A program made the translations under genes and the position numbers. The notes under the pieces are model-generated. The model was given only the letters and a program-made list of their open reading frames with translations, was not told the DNA's origin and did no database searches. Shown here in pieces: positions 52,800-64,000 of a stretch of DNA of 64,000 bases. Each line of letters opens with the position of its first letter. The first letter of the stretch is position 1. The stretch comes from Eledone cirrhosa. Taxonomy: Eukaryota. The stretch is from NCBI GenBank assembly GCA_964016885.1, contig CAXHJY010000304.1:124001-188000 (forward strand), given 5' to 3'.

Positions 52800-53396
52800 A
52801 TATTAATAAATGGAAACTATTTATAAAACCATAATTATTTTATTATATATATTTCAAGGGCAACCAAGGCAAATTATGGTCCGCTTTCATCAGATAAAAT
52901 ACAAATTTGTTTTATAAATAAATATTGACACTCCCGTCTAACCCATGCTAGCGTGGAAAATGGACGTTAAACGAAGATGATGATGATACCACATAAAGAC
53001 AACCTTAACGGTTGAAGTTAAGGTTGTCTTTATGCGGATATGTCAATATTTATAAAACAAATTTGTATTTTATCTGATGAAAGCGCACCATAATTTGCCT
53101 TGGTTGACCTTGAAATATATATAATAAAATAATTATGGTTTTATAAATATAGTTTCCATTTATTAATATTGAATATTTACTCCACTTTTTGTTGACTGCT
53201 TTATATCAGTTATAACATTTTTTAAGCTTGTTGAATCCCAACAAATTAAATATAACCTCTGCATATATATAAGCAAAAGGGATATTTAATTTGTTGGTAA
53301 TTCAACAAATATATATATATTTATAACTGATTCGAAGCACTCGACAGGTTTTCTGGAGTATAATATCAATGATATTAATAAATGGAAACTATATTT
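52800..53396. mobile_element. Short non-coding PLE-tail fold-back with three alternating arms
   Basis: 52800-53009 pairs with 53017-53169 (7-nt loop; 56-bp RTE tail inserted at 52931-52986). A second inversion is centred at about 53268. Homologous to the PLE end at 3670-3797. Confidence 0.85.
53066..53131 (+). ncRNA. Minimal type I hammerhead ribozyme motif (mirror copy at 52836-52901, minus strand)
   Basis: TATTTTAT-CTGATGA-AAG..ACCA/TGGT..CTT-GAAA-TATATA-TA-ATAAAATA, with a perfect 8-bp stem I. Confidence 0.72.
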
Positions 53397-53405
53397 ATTA
53401 ATATC

Positions 53406-53503
<98 letters not shown>

Positions 53504-54740
53504 TATATATATATGTGTGTGTGCTTCCACAGTTTCACTCCAAAAGCATTAGTCAACGTTTGTGTTAGTTCGATGCCCCACCACACTATAAACAAATCAA
53601 ATGTTTGGCGATAAATGTGTAAAATTTATATTGACCCTTATGTTCAGCAAGAGTGTTGTACAATGTATCCCCCCCCTCTCTCTCTATATATATATATATT
53701 AAAAAGAGAGATGGTTATAAGTATACATCCTCTGTTTATTATATAATACTGTTATACGTATTTCGAAGACATTGCAGTGATTGCATTGACGTGTTTTCAC
53801 TAGACAGGTGTTAAGTTGTAATGTTTTTGTTTTTGATGTGCCACCGTAGTTAAGAACACGATGGTAGAAGCCCCACTTCTTGTGTGCATATATATGTGTG
53901 TTTGTGTGTGTGTGCTTGTGTGTATGTATATCTATATACTACTAAAAATTGTGTGCTTGTCTGTAATTTAATATAGCCAAAACGGTGCATAATGGGGAAA
54001 ATGCTTTGAAAGGGAGTTGCTCCTGAAATGGGAATACAAATGGAATAAAGCAAGTTTCACGTAAATTGGAGCACAGGTTTCCGAGATATGGGGTTTTCTG
54101 GGTACCATCATATATATAGAGAGAGAGGAGACAAGGAAAATGGAAGAGAGAGAGAGATAGTGGTGTTGTTGAATGAAATAACAACAGGTGGCTTCAAAGT
54201 ATCTAGCTCGAATTTGGTGACTGAATTCGAGTCATATGTATCATAACTTGTGTTAGGACAGGGTGTGTGTAGCGAATATTTCCTGCTAAATAGGGTTTCT
54301 AAGTATGTGTCTGTGACCAGTGTAAATAGTTCAGACACATCATCATCATTTCATTTTACGCCCGCTTTTTCCCTGCTTGCAAGGGTGGGACGGGAACTGA
54401 TTCTGGCTTGATTTCTACAGCTGGATGCCCTTCCTAACACCAACCTCATTTACAGTGAGTGCTCGGTGCTTTTTTGTCGTGGCACCTCCACGACAAATTT
54501 GCACTGGAATGATAGGGACCCCCAGTCCCTATCATCTCATTTCTACAGCTGAGTAAACTGGAGCAATGTGAAATAAAGTGTCTTGCTCAAGGAAACAACA
54601 CATCACCCGGTCTGAGAATTGAACTCACAACCTTTTGATTACAAAGCTCTAACCATTAAGCCATGTGCCTCCATGTATAATTTAATTATTTTAAAATAAT
54701 TTTTAAGTGAACATGGCCTAACGGGTCATGGGTGGTCTAG

Positions 54741-54772
<32 letters not shown>

Positions 54773-55385
54773 AATAGGTATCTGTATATGTAGTAGTGTG
54801 TACAATATTGAGCTGATTAATTTAAAACCCATGTGGAATGGTGTGTATGTTGAAAGTAAACTGTTAATTCTGTTATCTGGCTATGTCAGATAATGTAAGT
54901 ATTGGGAAGGGACTTGAGAGAGGGGAGAGAAGGTTCGTTATATCGAGTTTAAAACCTGTTTATTTGGCAGTATTGGTAGAGGGTCGGACACCATGCTTTG
55001 TAGCATAGAGTTACCTCCCTTTATGATCTGAGTTCAAATCCCCCCGAGGTTAACTTTACCTTTCATCCTTACGGGGTCGATAAAATAAAGTACCAGTAAT
55101 GCACTGGGTTATTTATGGCCTTGTGCCAAAAGTAGAAACAATTATATATTTTTATTGAACAGGGTTGAGAGAGACATCAGCTGGTCTCTGTTCTGACTCT
55201 CACTACAGTTTCTATTTCTTTATTAATTCACATTAAATTACAAAGTGCTGCTTGACATTGACATATATTTGTTTATATATATGTTTGTATATGAATGTAT
55301 ATATATATATATATGTATATATATATTTATGTATATGTATATATATATTTATATATGTGTATATGTATGTATGTATGTATATATG

Positions 55386-55417
<32 letters not shown>

Positions 55418-55575
55418 TGTATGTATGTATGTATGTATGTATGTATATATATGTATATGTATGTATATATATGTATATGTATGTATGTATATATGTATGT
55501 ATGTATATATGTATATGTATGTATATATGTATATGTATGTATGTGTATATGTATGTATGTATATATGTATGTATG

Positions 55576-55609
<34 letters not shown>

Positions 55610-55649
55610 TATATGTATGTATGTATATATATATGTATGTATGTATGTA

Positions 55650-55718
<69 letters not shown>

Positions 55719-55795
55719 ATATATATGTATGTATATATATATGTATGTATATATATATGTATGTATATATGTATGTATGTATATATATATGTTAT

Positions 55796-56433
55796 GTCAG
55801 GTCACCAGTTGGTGCTACTGGTAACATGTATCCCAGTACAACCTGTCTCATGGTCGGGTCGTTGGCGACTAAACTGGCAACCCCACCAAGGTTTCTTGGT
55901 GAGGAGGGTGACTTTGGACATCCTGCAGGACTAAAAACAAAACCTGTCAAAGGGCAAAGGAGCTCTTAAGAGTCAATGGCCATCCAAAATCACCGGGAGA
56001 GATGACCCCTTTAGCCTTAGTCAAGGCAGAATTCTAGGAGAAGGAAAACTCTGATATAACACCTGCAACCCTGATGGTATCCAATGATGTTGACTTGTTC
56101 TTCTTTTTGGTAAATAGCATCTTGGTTAAGAGAGTGGGACTGGCTTTGTGCAGTGCCTTTGCTCACTATAAAAGCTTCACGGCACAGGCATTGCTTTATA
56201 TCTGGAGATCTCTCTGCACTTGTCCTCACATGGGCCCAGCACTATGTGTCAATAATTGTCCTACCATGGGCCTAGCACTATGTGTCAATAATTGTCATAG
56301 GTGTAGTGTTTGTACCAGAGGTTTCAGGTCGCTGGCTGGACTAAAAAGTCACACTCGTTCGGCGCTTCGGTAGGGGTTATCCTACATGGATGTAAAGTAG
56401 TGGCCGTACTCGAAAACGAGTTGGCAGCCACCA
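55796..56433 (+). mobile_element. Short non-autonomous RTE-like unit, copy 1
   Basis: Direct repeat of 59028-59636. The 3' part encodes a C2H2-like finger ([17 protein letters not shown]) and runs into a microsatellite tail. Confidence 0.65.
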
Positions 56434-56657
56434 TATATATATGTATGTATATATATATGTATGTATATATATATGTATGTATATATATATGTATGTATAT
56501 ATATATGTATGTGTATATATATATGTATGTGTATATATATATGTATGTATATATGTATGTATGTATATATATATGTATGTATATATATATATGTATGTAT
56601 ATATATATATGTGTATATATATATATGTATGTATATATATATATGTATGTATATATG

Positions 56658-56688
<31 letters not shown>

Positions 56689-56707
56689 GTATGTATATAT
56701 GTATATA

Positions 56708-56740
<33 letters not shown>

Positions 56741-57742
56741 ATATATATGTATGTATATATATATGTATGTATATATGTATGTATGTATATATATATGTAT
56801 GTATATATATATGTATGTATATATATATATGTATGTATATATATATATATGTATGTATATATATATATATATGTATGTATATATATATGTATGTATATAT
56901 ATATGTATGTATATATATATGTATGTATATGTATATGTATGTATATATATATGTGTATGTATATATATATGTATATGTATATATATGTGTATGTATATAT
57001 ATATGTGTATGTATATATATATGTGTATGTATATATATATGTGTATGTATATATATATGTGTATGTATATATATATGTGTATGTATATATATATGTGTAT
57101 GTATATATATATGTGTATGTATATATATATGTGTATGTATATATATATGTGTATGTATATATATGTGTATGTATATATATGTGTATGTATATATATGTGT
57201 ATGTATATATATGTGTATGTATATATATGTGTATGTATATATATATGTATATATATATGTGTATGTATATATATGTGTATGTATATATATATGTGTATGT
57301 ATATGTATGTATATGTATGTATGTGTATGTATATATATATGTATATGTATGTATATGTATGTATGTATATGTATGTATATGTATGTATGTATATGTATGT
57401 ATGTATATGTATGTGTATATGTATGTATATATGTATGTATATGTATGTATATATATGTATATATGTATGTATATATATGTATATATGTATGTATATGTAT
57501 GTATATATGTATGTATATATGTATGTATGTATATATGTATGTATGTATATGTATGTATGTATATGTATGTATATGTATATGTATGTATATGTATGTATAT
57601 GTATATGTATGTATATATATATATGTATATGTATGTATATATATGTATATGTATGTATATATATATATGTATATGTATGTATATATATATATGTATATGT
57701 ATGTATATATATATATGTATGTATATATATATATGTATGTAT

Positions 57743-57773
<31 letters not shown>

Positions 57774-57864
57774 TGTATATATGTGTGTGTATGTATATAT
57801 GTGTGTGTATGTATATATGTGTGTGTATGTATATATGTGTGTGTATGTATATATATATGTATGT

Positions 57865-57905
<41 letters not shown>

Positions 57906-57975
57906 TGTATGTATATATATATGTATATATATATGTATGTATATGTATGTATGTATGTATATATATATGTATGTA

Positions 57976-58008
<33 letters not shown>

Positions 58009-58364
58009 ATATATATGTATGTATATATATATGTATGTATATATATATGTATGTATATATATATGTATGTATATATATATGTATGTATATATATATGTAT
58101 GTATATATATATGTATGTATATATATATATGTATGTATATATATATGTATGTATATGTATGTATGTATATATATATGTATGTATATATGTATGTATATAT
58201 ATATGTATGTATATATATATGTATGTATATATATATGTATGTATATATATATGTATGTATATATATATGTATGTATATATATATGTATGTATATATATAT
58301 GTATGTATATATATATGTATGTATATATGTATGTATATATATATGTATGTATATATATATATAT

Positions 58365-58522
58365 GGCACTGTGTCAATAATGGTCACAAGTGTAGTGTCT
58401 GTACCAGAGTTTTCAAGTCGCTGGCTGGACTAAAAAGTCACATTCGTTCAGCGCATCGGTAGGGGTTCTCCTACATGGATATAAAGTAGTGGCCGTACTC
58501 GAAAACGAGTTGGCAGCCACCA
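58365..58522 (+). mobile_element. 5'-truncated copy of the same unit
   Basis: [23 protein letters not shown], with the identical 3' end GAGTTGGCAGCCACCA. Confidence 0.65.
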
Positions 58523-58956
58523 TGTATATATATATGTATGTATATATGTATGTATGTATATATATATGTATGTATATATATATGTATGTATATATATATG
58601 TATGTATATATATATGTATGTATATATATATATGTATGTATATATATATGTATATATGTATGTATATATATATGTATGTATATATATATGTATGTATGTA
58701 TATATATATGTATGTATATATATATGTATGTATGTATATATATATGTATATATGTATGTATATATATATGTATGTATATATATATGTATGTATGTATATA
58801 TATATGTATGTATATATATATGTATGTATGTATATATATATGTATATATGTATGTATATATATATGTATGTATATATATATGTATGTATATATATATGTA
58901 TATATATATGTATGTATATATATATGTATGTATATATGTATGTATGTATATATGTA

Positions 58957-58989
<33 letters not shown>

Positions 58990-59027
58990 ATATGTATGTA
59001 TATATGTATGTATGTATGTATATATAT

Positions 59028-59636
59028 GTCAGGTCACCAGTTGGTGCTACTGGTAACATGTATCCCAGTACAACCTGCCTCATGGTCGGGTCGTTGGCGA
59101 CTAAACTGGCAACCCCACCAAGGTTTCTTGGTGAGGAGGGTGACTTTGGACATCCTGCAGGACTAAAAACAAAACCTGTCAAAGGGCAAGGGAGCTCTTA
59201 AGACTCAATAGCCATCCAAAATCACCGGGAGAGATGACCCCTTAGCCTTTGTCAAGGCAGAATTCTAGGAGAAGGAAAACTCTGATATAACACCTGCAAC
59301 CCTGATGGTATCCAATGATGTTGACTTGTTCTTCTTTTTGGTAAATATCATCTTGGTTAAGAGAGTGGGACTGGCTTTGTGCAGTGCCTTTGCTCACTAT
59401 AAAAGCTTCACGGCACAGGCATTGCTTTATATCTGGAGATCTCTCTGCACTTGTCATCACATGGTATCATGGGCCCTGCACTATGTGTCAATAATGGTCA
59501 CAAGTGTAGTCTTTGTACCAGAGTTTTCAAGTCGCTGGCTGGACTAAAAAGTCACATTCGTTCAGCGCATCGGTAGGGGTTCTCCTACATGGATATAAAG
59601 TAGTGGCCGTACTCGAAAACGAGTTGGCAGCCACCA
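59028..59636 (+). mobile_element. Short non-autonomous RTE-like unit, copy 2
   Basis: Highly similar to 55796-56433, with the same 5' and 3' boundaries. Confidence 0.65.
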
Positions 59637-60032
59637 TGTATATATATATGTATGTATATATATATGTATGTATATATATATGTATGTATATATATATGTA
59701 TGTATATATGTATGTATGTATATATGTATGTATATATATATGTATGTATATATATATGTATGTATATATATATGTATGTATATATATATGTATGTATATA
59801 TATATGTATGTATATATATATGTATGTATATATATATGTATGTATATATATATGTATGTATATATATATGTATGTATGTATATATATATATGTATGTATA
59901 TATATATGTATGTATATATATATGTATGTATATATATATGTATGTATATATATATGTATGTATATATATATGTATGTATATATATATGTATGTATGTATG
60001 TATGTATATATGTATGTATGTATGTATATATG

Positions 60033-60075
<43 letters not shown>

Positions 60076-60965
60076 GTATGTATATATGTATGTATGTATA
60101 TATGTATGTATGTATATATATGTATGTATATATGTATGTATGTATATATATGTATGTATATATGTATGTATGTATGTATATATGTATGTATGTTTATATA
60201 TTGACCACGTCTTGACCAAACAAAATATAATATTTTCACCAAAAACTGCCCTTTAAACACGTCAGATGGATTACAATATTCATTATCACAATTACTTTCA
60301 CTGTTCCCTGACAACTAGTACCAGTTTCAAGATAGAATTATCTTAACGAAGTATATATAATTTCACTTGATTTTCGCCAACGAACCACGTGTGGACATGG
60401 ACGGGGAAAAAAAACAAAACAAATCACTACGTCCCTTAAGGATCGCAGTAAGTACTCCACAAAACATATAAACAACAATATACACACAGATTTATATACA
60501 GATACATACCATATGCATATACACACACGTGAAAAGAAACCACACTATTGCGTGTGAGACACTATACCGGCCAATTTTACCAATTTACATTGGTAAAATA
60601 TTTCTTAACATTGACCTCGCTTCTAACCCACATACACCTTTTAATTATATATATATACTAGCAGCTGAAAGTTAATAATTTGAAAAAAAAATATTATTGA
60701 AAGTTTACTATAAAGAAGCAGTATCAGGGAATAAAAAAAAAAAAAAAAAAAAAAACGTTATTCGCTGTTAATAAACAACTGCCTTCTACAGTACGTTTCA
60801 TTTAACTTTCGCAGCATATTTATTTGTTTACATGCACAGACTCTTCTACACACACACAACATTTAGGAAAACGGAAACAAAATACACAAAAAAAACAGAC
60901 ATTTTATTTCTATCGTAATCAAGTGCGCTAAACCTATATTGTTTACATTCTGTGTTTTTCTACGG

Positions 60966-62195
60966 ATGGGTAGAAATAACAAAATTGCCATGGTGATGTC
61001 CATCGATGAAATTTGCGACAAAACTGGTCGATGTCCAAAAATAGAACATTGCCCGGAAGATCACACCTGCCATATCTGTACGGAACCCGAAAACTCGTTC
61101 CGTAATCGCTGGGTCGAATGTGGAACCTGTCGCATCTCTGTCTGCCTTCAATGCGCCACAGGCTTCCGGAAGATCCCAGGCCAAAATAAGAAACATCACA
61201 TTGCTACGATGGATAGACTCTGGGAGATGGTCCAGCTAACAAACTGGTCCTTTCAGTGCCTGGGCTGTATGCCTGCTTCTCCCATTACTGCGGAACAACA
61301 ACAAAGACCGAAGATCGTGTCTTCTACCATTGTTCCTGAACAACAACAACAAAAACCGAGGATCGTGTCTTCCTCTACCATTGTCGCTGAACAACAGCAA
61401 AAACCAACGACCGTAGCTTCTGCTACTACCCCCGTTGAAGGACTTCATCAACAACAGCAACCCATGTCTTCCTCACCCGTTACTTTTCAACAACAACAAC
61501 CGACGACTGTGTCTTCTACCATTCCTGTTGAAGGAGAAGAACAACAACAAAAACCGACCGTCAATACGGAGTTTGAGGAAATACGGCAAATGATTTCCGC
61601 TTTAAGTCAAGAAATAGCGGAAATAAAATCAAGCGTTCGTGTAGAACCCCACAATGAGGGATCTTACCGGAGTGTCTTGTTAAAAAATCTCCGCGTACCT
61701 CATGTTGAACCTAGACGCATTGAGAATGCCACTGAAACTGCAAACCACGAAGTGATTGCCATCGGTGTGCCGGAAGACATAGTTGATCTTCAGGCATTTG
61801 CTACCAGTTCATCCAAAGACCTGGGCTGTGCTCCCGCAAAGGGTGCTCTACGCCTTGGCCGACCAGGCCCGAAACCCAGGTTAATTAGACTGTCGTTTTC
61901 AAACTCGGCTGAGGCACGTTCATACCTTGTAGCCTCTGATAAAGCTAGGCGTGAAAGTCGGATTGCTTTCCGAACACGTCCTGGTCTTCCACCTGATGTC
62001 CGCCCAAAGTTGCGTGCTGCAGCTTCCCTAAACCGCAGCTCGGCAGAACATGAAAGCTTCAGCCTACGAGATGATGGGCAGATATGGAGGTTTGTTAAGG
62101 CTGGCGAATCATGGAAAAGAGACACCAGCTGGTCTGAAAACAGTGTACCCACAACAACTGACAATAAAGAAACTGAAAAAACTCTGGGAAACTAA
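60966..62195 (+). CDS. ORF1 of a CR1-like LINE (Cys-rich PHD-like finger, Q-rich repeats, coiled coil)
   Basis: First ATG at 60966; CHIC..WVECGTC...CLQC...FQCLGC; repeats QQQ(K/R)P..VSST; heptad region FEEIRQMISALSQEIAEIKS. Lies directly upstream of an APE-RT ORF. Confidence 0.88.
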   Translation: MGRNNKIAMVMSIDEICDKTGRCPKIEHCPEDHTCHICTEPENSFRNRWVECGTCRISVCLQCATGFRKIPGQNKKHHIATMDRLWEMVQLTNWSFQCLGCMPASPITAEQQQRPKIVSSTIVPEQQQQKPRIVSSSTIVAEQQQKPTTVASATTPVEGLHQQQQPMSSSPVTFQQQQPTTVSSTIPVEGEEQQQKPTVNTEFEEIRQMISALSQEIAEIKSSVRVEPHNEGSYRSVLLKNLRVPHVEPRRIENATETANHEVIAIGVPEDIVDLQAFATSSSKDLGCAPAKGALRLGRPGPKPRLIRLSFSNSAEARSYLVASDKARRESRIAFRTRPGLPPDVRPKLRAAASLNRSSAEHESFSLRDDGQIWRFVKAGESWKRDTSWSENSVPTTTDNKETEKTLGN

Positions 62196-64000
62196 ATCAG
62201 AACAACCTGCCATCCCCTGCACATAATCATAGACTGGAATCAAAGTACAAACTGTTGTCCTTGAATGCACGTAGTCTATGCAATAAGATTCATCTTTTTG
62301 ACTCCTACGTCAAAAGTATCAACCCGGACTTCATTACAGTCACGGAAACTTGGGCACATCCCTTACTCTGTGATGGGGTTTTCAGCATGACTGGCTACAA
62401 CCTGTTTCGTAAAGACCGTATTAATCGTCGTGGTGGTGGTGTAATGGTCTACGTTCGGTCAAATCTGTCGGCAATTCCTTGTGCTGATTTGAACCAATCA
62501 CAGCAGGAAGTTTTTTTCTGCGATATACGTATGACCATGTCAACACTGCTACTTGGAGTCGTTTACCGTCCCCCAAATTACCATCAGGACACTCAACTTT
62601 GTGATATCCTCAGAGCTGCTGCCAGGAAGACAGCCACTTATGTTTTCATTGCAGGTGACTTCAATCACCCTGAGATTGACTGGGAGACCTTTCGTTGGCC
62701 GCCAAGTGCAAATGACTTCCTTGAGCTGGTGCTGGACTCGAGTTGGTCCCAGGTGGTCACCTCCCCAACGAGAGGTGACAACACTTTGGACCTACTCTTC
62801 ACCACTACTCCTGAAACGGTCATTAGTGTTACTGCTGAGGAACCTTTAGGTGACTCTGATCATGCTATGATCATTGCCAATCTATCCCTCATGGGCAGTA
62901 ACAAGAACCACAACCATCTCCAAACTGCTCACTTTGACTGGAATAGAGCAGACTGGAACTGTTACTGCACCGAGTTGCAACGGCCAAACTGGCTTGAGTT
63001 CTATGACTCTGGAGATGTCAACACTGTACTCCAGAACATCCTGAGCTCAATATGGACAGCATGTGCAGCATCGGTGCCACGTAAGCGGAAAAAACATCCT
63101 AAAAGCGCAATTTGGGAGACTGCAGCAGTCCGTCTTGCCAGAAAAGAACGGCGCAATGCTGAACGTGAGTACAAACTTCACAAATCAGACATTAATAGGA
63201 AGAGGCGAAATAGATCGTCCAACCACCTCAAACAGGTGACAAAAAAGGCAGTGCTTCAATTTGAGCAGCGCATAGCAACCAGCCCTGACAGTAAGGTGTT
63301 CTGGAAGTATGTTCACTCAAAGCAGAGGCCTCACTCTCCAGTTGGTCCTCTTCGCAATCCCCACACAAGCCAGGTTACTGACGACCCCAAGGAATGCGCA
63401 GAGCTCATTGCTGAATGCTATGCAGGCATTTTCACCATTGAAGACCAGAGTGTACCATCTCCACCACCTATGACACCGGACTCTATTACAACCATGGAAT
63501 TTACACCTGCAATGCTGCGACGTCACCTAAAAAATAAACGCAACCATGCCTCTCCTGGTCTTGATGGTGTTACATACCTGCTTCTTAAACGTGGTGGGTA
63601 CTTCCTTCTACGCCAGTTATCACGCTTCTTCCAATTCTGTCTGAACAACAGTGCTACTCCAGAACAGTGGAAAACTGCCAGTGTAATTCCTCTGTTCAAA
63701 AAGGGTGACCGCACATCACCTGTGAACTATCGTCCAGTCAGTCTTACTAGTTGCATCGCCAAACTGATGGAATCCTGTGTCAGAGAAACACTTTGGAACT
63801 TCTGGAGCTCTCACAGTCTTATCCGGCCTTCGCAATTTGGATTTATCCCCAACTCCAGCTGCTGTGATCAACTTATAGAGTTTCTTGAGGACATCACCCG
63901 GATCACTGATGGCGGCTCATGGGTGGATGTTGTTTACCTTGACTTTGCGAAGGCCTTCAATTCTGTGCCGCACAAAAGGCTTATGGCAAAACTCTCTGCA
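62177..64000 (+). CDS. ORF2 of a CR1-like LINE (APE endonuclease + RT), open to the window end
   Basis: LNARSLCNK, VTETW, YRPP, GDFNHPEIDW, LDLLF, SDH, SPGLDG, NYRPVSLTS, QFGF and VYLDFAKAF all in one frame. No stop seen. Confidence 0.93.

Larger units (their letters stand above)
55265..60200. repeat. Compound (TATG)n/(TA)n satellite in four blocks
   Basis: Blocks at about 55265-55790, 56434-58364, 58523-59027 and 59637-60200. Confidence 0.97.

Noticed and set aside
55245-60314. Very long ORFs (up to 707 aa) of Y/I/M/C/V/H/T
   Set aside because: Translations of the TATG/TA satellite, open in most frames on both strands; not genes.

Overview
AT-rich, repeat-dense eukaryotic genomic DNA. The SINE families, RTE tails ending in (GAT)n and abundant (TA)n/(TATG)n microsatellites point to a cephalopod, probably an octopus (inference, not confirmed by search). 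Host genes: complete 3-exon MRPL55 (+, 37095-39653), the first coding exon of HM13/signal peptide peptidase (+, 48993-49187; the rest lies beyond the window), a stop-containing orphan WDR3/Utp12 exon (11.0 kb), and a two-exon gene I do not recognise (+, 19458-19521 and 25595-26040). That gene encodes a 169-aa protein with a signal peptide, two RGD motifs, a His/Asp-rich tract and a GPI-type C-terminus. The rest is mostly mobile DNA: Penelope-like elements (GIY-YIG) forming fold-back palindromes with minimal hammerhead ribozymes, two L1/Tx1 copies, several RTE fragments, a CRE fragment, hAT and Tc1/mariner relics, MITEs, tRNA-derived SINEs, a 47-bp minisatellite, and a tandem RTE-derived unit embedded in a TATG/TA satellite. 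An apparently intact CR1-like LINE has a canonical -1 frameshift heptamer at its ORF1/ORF2 junction. Most long ORFs in the supplied track are microsatellite artefacts. All calls are by eye, and transposon boundaries are approximate.
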